36,050 nt of DNA from Octopus bimaculoides (GCF_001194135.2 NC_068983.1:119531845-119567894); one strand, 5' to 3'; shown: positions 25,301 to 33,014, counted from the stretch's first letter. Numbers and translations are program-made. The notes: generated by a model not told the origin, from the letters alone.

Positions 25301-27541
25301 GGCAACATCAACTGTGGCAGAATTTGAAATTCTTGATAATTAATTATATAATACAATTCTATATCATAATTAATTATATTTCTTGCTCTCTTTCTNNNNN
25401 NNNNNNNNNNNNNNNNNNNNNNNNNNNNNNNNNNNNNNNNNNNNNNNNNNNNNNNNNNNNNNNNNNNNNNNNNNNNNNNNNNNNNNNNNNNNNNNNNNNN
25501 NNNNNNNNNNNNNNNNNNNNNNNGTACTATAAACATTTTTTTCTTGCTTTCTTTTTACTCTAATCTTTTCTAGAAAGTGGAATGCAAATAATAATATGTT
25601 GATGCATAATACATTGAAGAGTCTGAAGGAAGTAGTATGTGATTTGACTAAGCCATTTTGTTCACATTATGGTGCTGTCATGGGTTTATTAGCACTGGGA
25701 ACAAAAGTAAGTATTTGAATATATATATATATATATAAGTCAGTTCCTGCTAAGCTGATTTAGCCTTTCATCTTCCCTTGGTGTACCTCTTCTAATTTTT
25801 ATATGTATATATATATATATATACGTATATATTTATGTATGTGTTTATGTATTGATTCTTCACTTGGTAATTATTTCTTTCTTTTCAATAAGTGGTATGA
25901 TATTTTAGTTATTATTTTCCTAGACTGTACTCTTCATCCTTTAAATATACCTTGAAGAATAGTTGGGAAAAATTCCACTGGTCATTTATAAAACTATTTT
26001 GTATTTTTGTGCTTTAAAAGTGTTGGGAAGAATTGAAAATAAAGAAATTATTAGTCATAATATATTTTTATCATACTAAACTGTGTTTATTTATAGTTTA
26101 AGTGTTATGTTGATGTCTTTTGATTACACAAATTAACCATTATTGTTGTTGTTTTTTTTTTTGTTTTTTTCCAAATAGGCCATTGAAGAAGTTCTTTTAC
26201 CACAGCTTAAAGTTTATATGCCTCACCTCAACAGCTTTATGGAGGACACTACGCTAAGTAGTACATTAGTCAGGACTGATGCATATAAAGTTTATGGTGC
26301 TTTATTGGTGAGTTAAACTACTTTAAGATTCTTCCCTAAAGAATTTGTTTAAACAAATCAAACATGAAGCATCTAAATTCTCTTGATGTAATAGCAAAAA
26401 TAAAGGAATCTCTTTATTTTCATCAGTTGAGTTGCCATTTTGGGTTACCCAGTAACAAAACCTAATTATGATACCAGAAATATGATATATATGTATATAA
26501 GTCAGTAAATAGTGGGGTTGTGTTAACCGCACGTGGAGAAATAATAGGAAAATGAAAAAAAGCCAGAATGCTGAACTGGAAGCATATTTTAATAAAGATT
26601 TTTTCTAACCGGTTTTCATTGCGAAGAAGCAAATTATCAAGAAGGAGAATGAAAATGTTTTTTTTACAAAGAAGTACAAAATGAAGAAAATAATATATAA
26701 AACAATAATATATAAAAAAATAAATATACCCATACATTATATTGTCTTTGAGCTTTTGTAGTTCAATAGTAGTTCATGTATAAATTGGTAGGAAAAATAA
26801 GGATGCATGAGAGTTGAGAGTTTTGTTAGGTTTAAANNNNNNNNNNNNNNNNNNNNNNNNNNNNNNNNNNNNNNNNNNNNNNNNNNNNNNNNNNNNNNNN
26901 NNNNNNNNNNNNNNNNNNNNNNNNNNNNNNNNNNNNNNNNNNNNNNNNNNNNNNNNNNNNNNNNNNNNNNNNNNNNNNNNNNNNNNNNNNNNNNNNNNNN
27001 NNNNNNNNNNNNNNNNNNNNNNNNNNNNNNNNNNNNNNNNNNNNNNNNNNNNNNNNNNNNNNNNNNNNNNNNNNNNNNNNNNNNNNNNNNNNNNNNNNNN
27101 NNNNNNNNNNNNNNNNNNNNNNNNNNNNNNNNNNNNNNNNNNNNNNNNNNNNNNNNNNNNNNNNNNNNNNNNNNNNNNNNNNNNNNNNNNNNNNNNNNNN
27201 NNNNNNNNNNNNNNNNNNNNNNNNNNNNNNNNNNNNNNNNNNNNNNNNNNNNNNNNNNNNNNNNNNNNNNNNNNNNNNNNNNATGCATCCTTATTTTTCC
27301 TACCAATTTATACATGGACTACTATTGAACTACAAAAGCTCAAAGACAATATAATGTATGGGTATATTTATTTTTTTATATATTATTGTTTTATATATTA
27401 TTTTCTTCATTTTGTACTTCTTTGTAAAAAAGCATTTTCATTCTCCTTCTTGATAATTTGCTTCTTCGCAATGAAAACCGGTTAGAAAAAATCTTTATTA
27501 AAATATGCTTCCAGTTCAGCATTCTGGCTTTTTTTCATTTT

Positions 27542-27582
<41 letters not shown>

Positions 27583-30500
27583 CACATTTCTAATGTTTTA
27601 TCTCTATGTAATTTAATTTTGTTCATTTTGAAGCATTTTATAATTGTTAGTATTTTTGTAATATGGCAAGTCTACAGATACAGCTTTCATCTATTGTTAT
27701 TAATGTTCCCATTCCATTCACATTTTTAAAACTCTAATAGTAACACTTATTCACAATTTTTTTTATTATTACTTCCAATTCATCATAGTGATATTCCTAT
27801 AACTTAGCTGATTCTGCTGAATCATCATCTCTTAGCCTCCATTGCTTATAAACTTTTTGTCTATTTCTCACTAAATATATCTGCCTTCAAACTTTTTGCC
27901 TCTTTTCCGACATTTTTATTAACATGTCTCTATATTTTTTCTTATATTTTCATACTTTCCATTCCTTATTAAGTAAATATATTAATATTTAGATGTCAGC
28001 CATCATTGTCTTGCTCTCTACCTTTCATCTTATTTTTTCAACACATCTTACGAAATCTTGATTATCCCCCCTTCATTGTAAATACAATTGTCTTATAATT
28101 TGTCTACATCTTTCATTTTCCAAACCTTAAATTTATTCTCTAATGTTATTCATCCTGTTATCCCTAAACTAGCAGCAGTTTCGTTGGGTTCAATTTAATT
28201 TACAGAAATGTATGTGTCTGTGTTTGTCCCCCCCCCCCNNNNNNNNNNNNNNNNNNNNNNNNNNNNNNNNNNNNNNNNNNNNNNNNNNNNNNNNNNNNNN
28301 NNNNNNNNNNNNNNNNNNNNNNNNNNNNNNNNNNNNNNNNNNNNNNNNNNNNNNNNNNNNNNNNNNNNNNNNNNNNNNNNNNNNNNNNNNNNNNNNNNNN
28401 NNNNNNNNNNACCACCATCGCTTGACACTGATGTTGGTGTGTTTATGTCCCTGTAACTTAGCAGTTTGGCAAAAGAGACTGATAGAATAAGTCCTGGGGT
28501 CGATTTCTTCAACTAAAAGGCGGTGCTTAAGCATGGCCGGAGCTAAATGATTAAAACAAGTAAAAGAACGTTTACCACAATTTTGCAATGACTAAGTTGA
28601 TGAAGTGCTAATCTCTTGCTTGGAAAGTCACACACACACACACACACACACACACTGTTAAAACCTGTGATCTGTCAGCTTAGTAAACTTTTTTTAACGT
28701 TATTCATTTTGTTCCAAACCTTGTGCTTATAGTAAAAAGGGAATATTATTCAGTCTGTAAGCTATGAACTCAGATATAATGAATCATCATTTCATCTTTA
28801 ACCCTTTAGCAATCAGATTATTCTGTCAAATGTTTATTTTCAAATTGTTTTGAATTAATCATGCATTATATGGTGGCGTTTAGATTTAGATAATGTGGTT
28901 ATTTATTTTTAGAATTACATTGTAGAATAGGTGTGAAAGGTCAGGTCTGGTCAGTTTCACCGTAAAACTGGTAGAATATTTGGGTTGTATATGGCCAGTT
29001 TAAATGCTAAAGAGTTAATTTCTTACTAATTTGGAAATGTTCTTTTTTTGTTTGATTCTCACTAAATGAATTTGCCTTGTAACTCACTGTATATTTGAGT
29101 TTGTATCTTATCACCAACATTTGTATGTCTGAACATGATGCTGAACAGAAACTCTACTTTCCTAGGTAGAAGAAGGAGACTGATTGATGTTTTGGCATTT
29201 AATGTCGTAAACATCTGATGAAATCATTCCAACTATGATCGTCCTGCCATTTTGTACATCTGATACTATATTGTCCCTTGTCTTTTGCTTTTATTAAGAT
29301 GTAGATTGTGATTTGATAGTGATTTGGCTGTTATATCTAGATGGTCATAGTTGGAATTGTGTTGTATGGTGCTTAGCAATGTTGGAATTGAATCATCTAC
29401 AAAATATTTCTCAAAATATTTCCACCATGTTTGTGTCTTCTCAGCACTAAGCATGACTTTCTATTAAATGTTGTTTAGCCCCAGGTCAGCCTGATCGAAT
29501 GAATTCATGATCAAAAGCATTTCATCTGTGACCATCACAGTTTTTTCCAAATGTAGTGTATGTAGGACCACAATATACAGTCTGTACTTCCTTAGACAGT
29601 AAAGTGTGATTTGAAGGAGATTTGGCTGGTGATTTTAAACAGCTCAAGTAAGCACATAGATGCACAAAGTTGATTTGACTTTGCATAGAGTTCATTGTTG
29701 TTGCATGATTTCTTTTGATATCTGCAGATTTCCATACAGACAGTAATCATGTTATTGCTGATATAAGTAGAGTATATTTATATTCAATGGGAAAGCCTAA
29801 ACTCCCTGCACAGATTTCATGTAGGCAATTGCATAAATCATTGAAATAGGTATTTTAAAATAGTTTCCCCCAAATGGATTTGTTATGTGCCTGGAATAAG
29901 TGAACTTATGGTCTTGGATAAGTTATCTTACTTTTAGTTATTCTGGTTTTTGAGTAATTAATATCACCATTGTAAAACATCTGGGGTTTTGTTTTTGTGG
30001 TGGGAGTGTATGGACATGTTTCTAGTGGAAGGAGTGGATGGACATGTTTGACCATAACTACCAAACACATTTAGAACTATTGATCATATATATTTAACTG
30101 TTAAATGTATGGAAAATGCCTTCGGGACTTCAAGTGTTTTTGTGAAAAGTATTCTTACATATGTATATATTTTTATCTCTTTTTAGCTTGCTGCTGAATA
30201 TATTATGAAAAATTTCCTCCGTGATGTTCAGTCTCAGACTATTCATCCGAAAGAGTTGCCACAGACAATTTCATTACCTTTGCAACTACAACAGCACATC
30301 AAGGAGGAAGCAACAGATCTCAACCATTCTGAGTCGGGAAATGACTCAAAAAATGATAAATTAAAATCTTCTTCACATCACTTTTTCAAAGAAGAACCAA
30401 TGGATTCACTCCATTCAGGCTTAATTGGTAGTAAAAAGGAAGATAAATTGAAATCACGGCCACCTTACCAGTATTTCAAAGAAGAACCAATGGACTTGAT

Positions 30501-31461
30501 ACCATCAACTATTTCTAATAATTCTAAAGATGAAGTCAAGCCAACTTCCACTCGAAGGTCTCCAAAAGATATATATTTAGAGTTTTATGAATACTTTGGT
30601 GATATGTTATCAAGCAAGTTGCCTATTCTTGATTTTAAACATATTAATAGACCTCCCAAATGTGAAAACCTTGTAAAATTATATGAAACTAGCCAGTCAG
30701 GTGAGTATATGTGGAATTCCATGCGAGAACGTTTCATAGCTGAAATAAAGAAAGAGACTGAAGAACAAGAACGGCTTGAAGCAGAGCGACGTAAAGAACA
30801 GGAGCGACTGGAGCGTGAGCAACAAGAAAGGGAACGATTAGAATCTGAACGACTCAGAAGAAAACATTTGGAAAAACTACAAAAAGATAAGCGTTGTGAA
30901 ATTCAGTCATCTCAAGGACGTCATGCAGAGTCACGTCATCCTGACAAACAGTGGAAGTGTGAACAGTCAGCTGCTCCAGGTTATGTCGCATCTCCGGCTT
31001 CTGTTAATGATGAAGAGGATGAAGAGGAGGAGGAAGATGAAGATGAGGAGGATGAAGATGAGGATGAAATCGAAGATAGTGATAATTCAGATGATGATTC
31101 CGATGATGATAGCGAAGATGATAATAATTCTTTTGACAAAGAGACACAAATCGTTGCAAGAACTGTAACTAATGCCAATGCTGGAATCAAACTAGTTATT
31201 ACTAAAATTCCAAATAAATCACACCTAGTCAAAAACGAAAAAGACCCTAAAACAAAAACTGACAATTTTCAAAGAACAGAACGACATAAAAAATCTAAAC
31301 CCAGCAAACGTAAGAAACAGGGTCAAAAAAGTAATAGAGACAAATATAAGTATCTTGAAGAAAATAACAGTCGTATGTATTGCAAGGAGGGTGAGAGTAG
31401 TTCAAATGGCCGAAAATTAACCTTAAGGCTGAAAGTCAAAGACTCTTCAGCAAAAGATTGA
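1746..31461 (+). CDS. TAF6L: TAF6-like RNA polymerase II SAGA/PCAF-complex subunit, multi-exon gene, 5' end incomplete; join(1746..1955,9720..9806,12275..12425,16488..16547,20267..20376,20656..20733,23370..23471,23623..23747,25574..25706,26179..26307,30187..31461)
   Basis: All 10 introns are GT..AG with matching phases; the spliced frame is open for 2460 nt to TGA at 31459-31461. The translation is colinear with TAF6L as I recall it: histone fold (SRDSIRMMAE..EDLGYRIRETIQNSIEFMKHAKRRRLTTEDIN), DLKTNSKIVPLLPYFV, VKTVSHD, EPLAASINPLNDHWVLRD (TAF6L-type rather than TAF6), SHYGAVMGL, KVYGALL, DIYLEFYEYFGD. Confidence 0.96.
2570..2865 (-). mobile_element. Second tRNA-derived SINE family
   Basis: Minus strand has a tRNA-like head with B-box-like ttcgattcc, followed by gtgttcttgagcaagacatttt (CORE/V-like central motif). 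Confidence 0.6.
3235..3900 (-). mobile_element. Older RTE-type LINE 3' end with (CAT)n tail
   Basis: Starts catcatcat..ttccatgttggcatgggttgg like the other tailed copies, followed by a purine-rich segment similar in character to 6620-6990. Confidence 0.6.
3929..4328 (-). mobile_element. tRNA-derived SINE with CORE-like central segment, full length
   Basis: Minus strand begins aggcgtaggagtggctgtgtggtaag (A box TGGCTGTGTGG) ..ggttccgggttcagtacc (B-box-like), then ggcacattgggcaagtgtctt CORE-like motif, internal microsatellite, and tail ..actgaaacaagtaaaagagtat. Confidence 0.88.
5168..5488. mobile_element. hAT-type (Charlie-like) MITE
   Basis: TIRs CAGTGATTCTCAAC / GTTGAAAACCACTG; 8-bp TSD ctctacag (5160-5167) / ttctacag (5489-5496), 7 of 8 identical. 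Confidence 0.85.
5949..6353 (-). mobile_element. tRNA-derived SINE, same family, more diverged
   Basis: Colinear with 3929-4328. Confidence 0.85.
6620..7625 (-). mobile_element. RTE-clade LINE remnant (ORF2 C-terminus and 3' UTR)
   Basis: Minus-strand translation gives FCYLGD, IVARIRT.WK, YDACVQRIILHGSEMLVMNAEDMGRLERNENSMFHWMCNIS, VLREKLGI and GTCGRGR, with stops and frameshifts; followed by a pyrimidine-rich UTR-like stretch. Confidence 0.82.
7960..8100 (-). mobile_element. RTE LINE reverse-transcriptase fragment
   Basis: MQFRLVPGKSTTDALF..QLQKYLVKSKP, then after a frameshift LYLVFINLEKVF, matching the RT motif QFGF.PG.STTDAIF..QEK....KPLY.AF.DLEKAFD. Confidence 0.8.
8110..8415 (-). mobile_element. 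Internal fragment of the same DD37D (maT) transposon family
   Basis: Clearly alignable to 15000-15320, with two internal deletions; encodes QQDSASCHTSRRTQSWLSDNFCNHIIPNIWQPNSPDCNPLDY. Confidence 0.88.
8747..9368 (-). mobile_element. Young (CAT)n-tailed retroposon (RTE-type LINE 3' end or SINE), long copy with internal tandem duplication
   Basis: catcatcatcgtttaacgtccgctttccatgctagcatgggttggacg.. core shared with four other copies in the window; 115-bp tandem duplication at 8936-9165. Confidence 0.85.
9371..9540. repeat. 170-bp palindrome with about 62-bp arms (likely MITE-derived)
   Basis: The outer 21 bp are perfectly complementary (catagagtgaccaatggtttc); the remaining differences are mostly transitions. 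Confidence 0.85.
9720..9806 (+). CDS. TAF6L: TAF6L coding exon (histone fold, C-terminal part)
   Basis: tttcag|AAT acceptor, CAG|gtaaat donor, 87 nt; NSIEFMKHAKRRRLTTEDINDALRTSDMQ. Confidence 0.96.
9826..9987. mobile_element. piggyBac-type MITE, shortened copy
   Basis: TTAA-CTCTTCAGCATTTAAAC..GAG-TTAA; body similar to the reverse complement of 28798-29018. Confidence 0.65.
10295..11556 (-). mobile_element. Mariner (Tc1/mariner, DD34D) DNA transposon, near full length, inactive
   Basis: TIRs TCAGGTCATCCCATAAGTTCTGTC (from 10295) and, reverse-complemented, TCGGGTCATTCTCATAAGTTCTGTC (from 11556); TA on both sides (10293-10294, 11557-11558); encloses a transposase remnant. Confidence 0.95.
10358..11371 (-). 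pseudogene. Mariner transposase pseudogene
   Basis: ATG at 11371 (MEVSKEHLRH..), WFAKFRSGDFSLED..GRP, WVPHEL, LVTGDEKW, HQDNARPH, PHPPYSPNLAPSDY with exactly 34 residues between the 2nd and 3rd Asp after correcting one frameshift; in-frame TGA stops at 11291-11293 and 10678-10680; frameshifts near 10860 and 10590. Confidence 0.95.
12275..12425 (+). CDS. TAF6L: TAF6L coding exon
   Basis: (t)n-cag|CCA acceptor, A|gtaagt donor, 151 nt, phase 0-1; PILGHGSLEPVIFKQVKDAEIHFVEDLDLNVTNIAFNNYKPKETGELGIK. Confidence 0.94.
12528..14004 (+). mobile_element. Helitron-type element, internally deleted and spanning a gap, with a helicase C-terminal remnant
   Basis: Host A then TCTATATATATATAAAA start at 12528, (GTCT)n tract; after the gap, 13748-13813 encodes KNLFVYALQGKTRNIVYNEVL*, the typical Helitron RepHel C-terminus; CTAG|T at 14001-14005 is a candidate 3' end but has no clear hairpin, so the 3' boundary is uncertain. 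Confidence 0.7.
12804..13747. other. Assembly gap; others at 14561-14819, 25396-25523, 26837-27282, 28239-28410 and 32026-32390
   Basis: Runs of N; all abut repeats or microsatellites, and the TAF6L frame is continuous across them, so no coding exon needs to be hidden in them. Confidence 1.
14882..15919 (-). pseudogene. DD37D (maT/Bmmar1-like) transposase pseudogene, near full length
   Basis: ATG at 15919 to TAA at 14882 (1038 nt); SIRSIARDMGVS helix-turn-helix, WFFSDKKNF, IMVFGVIS, QQDSAPCH..(W)SPNSPDCNPLDY with 37 residues between Asp2 and Asp3, C-terminal VEANGDFIK; several stops and frameshifts; left end of the element runs into the 14561-14819 gap so TIRs are not confirmed. Confidence 0.88.
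16488..16547 (+). CDS. TAF6L: TAF6L coding exon
   Basis: tttgtag|GT acceptor, G|gtgaga donor, 60 nt, phase 1-1; (S)FWYAIEGVSKINTTTSNAA resembles the TAF6-family HWLAIEG motif. Confidence 0.88.
17835..18574. repeat. 102-bp inverted repeat (17835-17936 / 18473-18574) with a 536-bp spacer
   Basis: Direct comparison: 101 of 102 positions complementary; the single mismatch is G17916 opposite T18493. Confidence 0.95.
18029..18269. mobile_element. Possible old piggyBac-type MITE inside the spacer of the 102-bp inverted repeat
   Basis: TTAA-CCCTCTATCTGTCC .. GGACAAGTGAAGGG-TTAA, imperfect TIRs. Confidence 0.45.
19417..19602 (+). mobile_element. Young (GAT)n-tailed retroposon copy
   Basis: Reverse complement of the 8747 and 21848 copies; ends gaaagcggacgttaaacgatgatgatgat. 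Confidence 0.88.
19643..19727 (-). mobile_element. tRNA-derived SINE head fragment
   Basis: Matches the A/B-box head of 3929-4328. Confidence 0.75.
20267..20376 (+). CDS. TAF6L: TAF6L coding exon
   Basis: tttaaag|GC acceptor (weak but the only one nearby in the required phase 1), AAG|gtaact donor, 110 nt; KPVIVKKEKKELSENMLQYYDFMVKAILGADEEAMK. Confidence 0.88.
20656..20733 (+). CDS. TAF6L: TAF6L coding exon (HEAT region)
   Basis: tttttcag|TTT acceptor, GGG|gtttgt donor, 78 nt; FALSDLKTNSKIVPLLPYFVNFVSNG. Confidence 0.95.
21702..21847 (+). mobile_element. Older diverged copy of the (GAT)n-tailed retroposon
   Basis: gtggttggcattaggaagggcatcc..gccagcatgg..gttaaatgatgatg; abuts the next copy tail to tail. 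Confidence 0.7.
21848..22065 (-). mobile_element. Young (CAT)n-tailed retroposon copy
   Basis: (CAT)n followed by gtttaacgtccgctttccatgctagcatgggttgg..gagagtgtagtgggtgcttttacgtg. Confidence 0.88.
22505..22620 (+). mobile_element. Possible Penelope-like element GIY-YIG endonuclease fragment
   Basis: From 22542, IWRFKDKRTNYNIKWKTI resembles the recurrent Penelope motif IW.LKDK...Y.IKW.I; short and recognised from memory only. Confidence 0.45.
23370..23471 (+). CDS. TAF6L: TAF6L coding exon (HEAT region)
   Basis: tttatag|GTA acceptor, TAT|gtaagt donor, 102 nt; VKTVSHDISQLTRLLHTVKALTNNSNLYLEPEPY. Confidence 0.95.
23623..23747 (+). CDS. TAF6L: TAF6L coding exon (HEAT region)
   Basis: tttcag|CTT acceptor, AA|gtaagt donor, 125 nt, phase 0-2; LGLLVQSVMYCGLEPLAASINPLNDHWVLRDYAARLLGFIV. 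Confidence 0.97.
24378..24497. mobile_element. piggyBac-type MITE, truncated copy
   Basis: TTAA-CTCTTTAGCATTTAAAC..; similar to the reverse complement of 28900-29018. Confidence 0.65.
24573..25070. repeat. Direct duplication of about 150-170 bp with a 350-bp offset (24573-24740 / 24923-25070)
   Basis: Both start taacataattgccaaccaagtgtg and share tccagct.gctaacgacac and ctgattagtatttgcgaggg; one copy has an internal indel. Confidence 0.85.
25101..25286 (+). mobile_element. Young (GAT)n-tailed retroposon copy
   Basis: Near-identical to 19417-19602. Confidence 0.88.
25574..25706 (+). CDS. TAF6L: TAF6L coding exon (HEAT region)
   Basis: ttttctag|A acceptor, AAA|gtaagt donor, 133 nt, phase 2-0; KWNANNNMLMHNTLKSLKEVVCDLTKPFCSHYGAVMGLLALGTK. 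Confidence 0.96.
26179..26307 (+). CDS. TAF6L: TAF6L coding exon (HEAT region)
   Basis: ccaaatag|GCC acceptor, TTG|gtgagt donor, 129 nt; AIEEVLLPQLKVYMPHLNSFMEDTTLSSTLVRTDAYKVYGALL. Confidence 0.96.
26547..27543. repeat. About 262-bp inverted repeat flanking an assembly gap (long-TIR element or assembly artefact)
   Basis: 26547-26808 is almost exactly the reverse complement of 27283-27543; TA outside both ends; gap 26837-27282 lies between. Confidence 0.8.
28208..28567 (+). mobile_element. tRNA-derived SINE, 3' half, interrupted by a gap
   Basis: gtgtttgtccccc..cgcttgacactgatgttggtgtgtttatgtccc..aaacaagtaaaaga is the reverse complement of 3929-4130. Confidence 0.8.
28798..29018. mobile_element. 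piggyBac-type MITE (TTAA TSD)
   Basis: TTAA-CCCTTTAGCA..TGCTAAAGAG-TTAA; related copies at 9826-9987 and 24378-24497. Confidence 0.8.
29468..29660 (+). repeat. Old interspersed repeat family; decayed relatives at about 1440-1630 (+), 2325-2460 (+) and 5540-5690 (-)
   Basis: Shared motifs gttgtttagccccaggtcag, atgatcaaa.gcatt and gtgtgatttgaaggagatttggct. Confidence 0.55.
30187..31461 (+). CDS. TAF6L: TAF6L last coding exon (long, mostly low-complexity C-terminus)
   Basis: tttttag|CTT acceptor in frame with ORF 30205..31461; LAAEYIMKNF..; contains SPKDIYLEFYEYFGDMLSSKLP matching the conserved TAF6L DIY.E.Y.FFGD.L motif; stop TGA 31459-31461. Confidence 0.93.
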   Translation, partial: LAAEYIMKNFLRDVQSQTIHPKELPQTISLPLQLQQHIKEEATDLNHSESGNDSKNDKLKSSSHHFFKEEPMDSLHSGLIGSKKEDKLKSRPPYQYFKEEPMDLIPSTISNNSKDEVKPTSTRRSPKDIYLEFYEYFGDMLSSKLPILDFKHINRPPKCENLVKLYETSQSGEYMWNSMRERFIAEIKKETEEQERLEAERRKEQERLEREQQERERLESERLRRKHLEKLQKDKRCEIQSSQGRHAESRHPDKQWKCEQSAAPGYVASPASVNDEEDEEEEEDEDEEDEDEDEIEDSDNSDDDSDDDSEDDNNSFDKETQIVARTVTNANAGIKLVITKIPNKSHLVKNEKDPKTKTDNFQRTERHKKSKPSKRKKQGQKSNRDKYKYLEENNSRMYCKEGESSSNGRKLTLRLKVKDSSAKD

Positions 31462-31967
31462 TATCGATTTTTATGAAAATATTTGTAAAAAATCTTTTAT
31501 ATATAAATATTGTGAATAGTATGTGCATATGTGTGTTTTCACTCGCATGCATGCTTACACACATACACATGTGCAGGTGTATGTCCAAATATATTCCTGC
31601 AAATTCAAATATTAACTTAATGTACATCTATATAAAATTGATACTATGAAATGGATTGCTTGATTTGTTAATTCACATTTTGTTAACTGAGAAAAAAAAA
31701 AAATCATGTTTCTTGTGTTATATTTTGTCTATTACTCCAACCAAATTTCAGGGCATAAACTTATTTGAGAGCCTTCTCTTAATATGCCATATATTTTTTT
31801 CATTGCTACTTTTGTAAATTATTATGATAGTTGATTCTAAAGTCATTCTTCTACAATTTGACTACAGAAAGTTTGCAGTTTATTATTATAATGAAAGCTT
31901 CTTTGGAAAAAGCTTGTAAATATTTGAATATTCTTTAAACATTTTAGATATGAAAGGCTTGATATAT

Positions 31968-32025
<58 letters not shown>

Positions 32026-32389
32026 NNNNNNNNNNNNNNNNNNNNNNNNNNNNNNNNNNNNNNNNNNNNNNNNNNNNNNNNNNNNNNNNNNNNNNNNNNN
32101 NNNNNNNNNNNNNNNNNNNNNNNNNNNNNNNNNNNNNNNNNNNNNNNNNNNNNNNNNNNNNNNNNNNNNNNNNNNNNNNNNNNNNNNNNNNNNNNNNNNN
32201 NNNNNNNNNNNNNNNNNNNNNNNNNNNNNNNNNNNNNNNNNNNNNNNNNNNNNNNNNNNNNNNNNNNNNNNNNNNNNNNNNNNNNNNNNNNNNNNNNNNN
32301 NNNNNNNNNNNNNNNNNNNNNNNNNNNNNNNNNNNNNNNNNNNNNNNNNNNNNNNNNNNNNNNNNNNNNNNNNNNNNNNNNNNNNNNNN

Positions 32390-32422
<33 letters not shown>

Positions 32423-32423
32423 A

Positions 32424-32873
32424 AATAAGCAACAAGGACATCCAGAGGTAATGCAGTACGATCGTTTCATGCAACTCCATTTAATTGAACAATGTAATCA
32501 TTACATCAATTTAAAATGCAGAGCTATCTTCAGCTGCACAAAGACATAGAATTTAATTAAATTAGAACAGATGGACACATTAGTATAATAATACCTAAAA
32601 TCTCCCAGAGGTTAGGGAGACAGACAGAGAACATCTTGCTTTAGCCAACACCATGGAAGCTAATAAATAAAATGTCAAAGAAAACTCTGCCTGTCACTGA
32701 TTTTATTTGTTTTTATATCACAATAGAAGGAGGAAAAGAAAAGAAAATTATTCAGAAATAGTTTAATATTTATATATACTATACATTTAAAAAATTAACT
32801 CATCATATGGTATCTATGAATATTGATTAATACGTATATACTGCATTACCTCTGGATATCCTTGTTGCTTGTT
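32424..32873. mobile_element. MITE with 35-bp terminal inverted repeats, superfamily unclear
   Basis: 32424-32458 versus reverse complement of 32839-32873: 33 of 35 identical (aa[t/c]aagcaacaagga[c/t]atccagaggtaatgcagta). Confidence 0.7.
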
Positions 32874-32958
32874 ATGATTTTAAACTCCTTACTTTGAAAT
32901 TGTATGGATAATACCGTACTAAATTCTAGTGCCTAAACTTAAGTACCATATTCACCTA

Positions 32959-32989
<31 letters not shown>

Positions 32990-33014
32990 ATATATATATA
33001 TATATGTTTATGTG

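Noticed and set aside
29200-29265. TGATGA..CTGA resembling a box C/D snoRNA
   Set aside because: Only about 45 nt between the boxes, no terminal stem and no recognisable rRNA antisense element.
30896-31265. ORFs 30896-31168 (+) and 30981-31265 (-)
   Set aside because: Shadow frames of the GAT/GAA-rich acidic tract of TAF6L.
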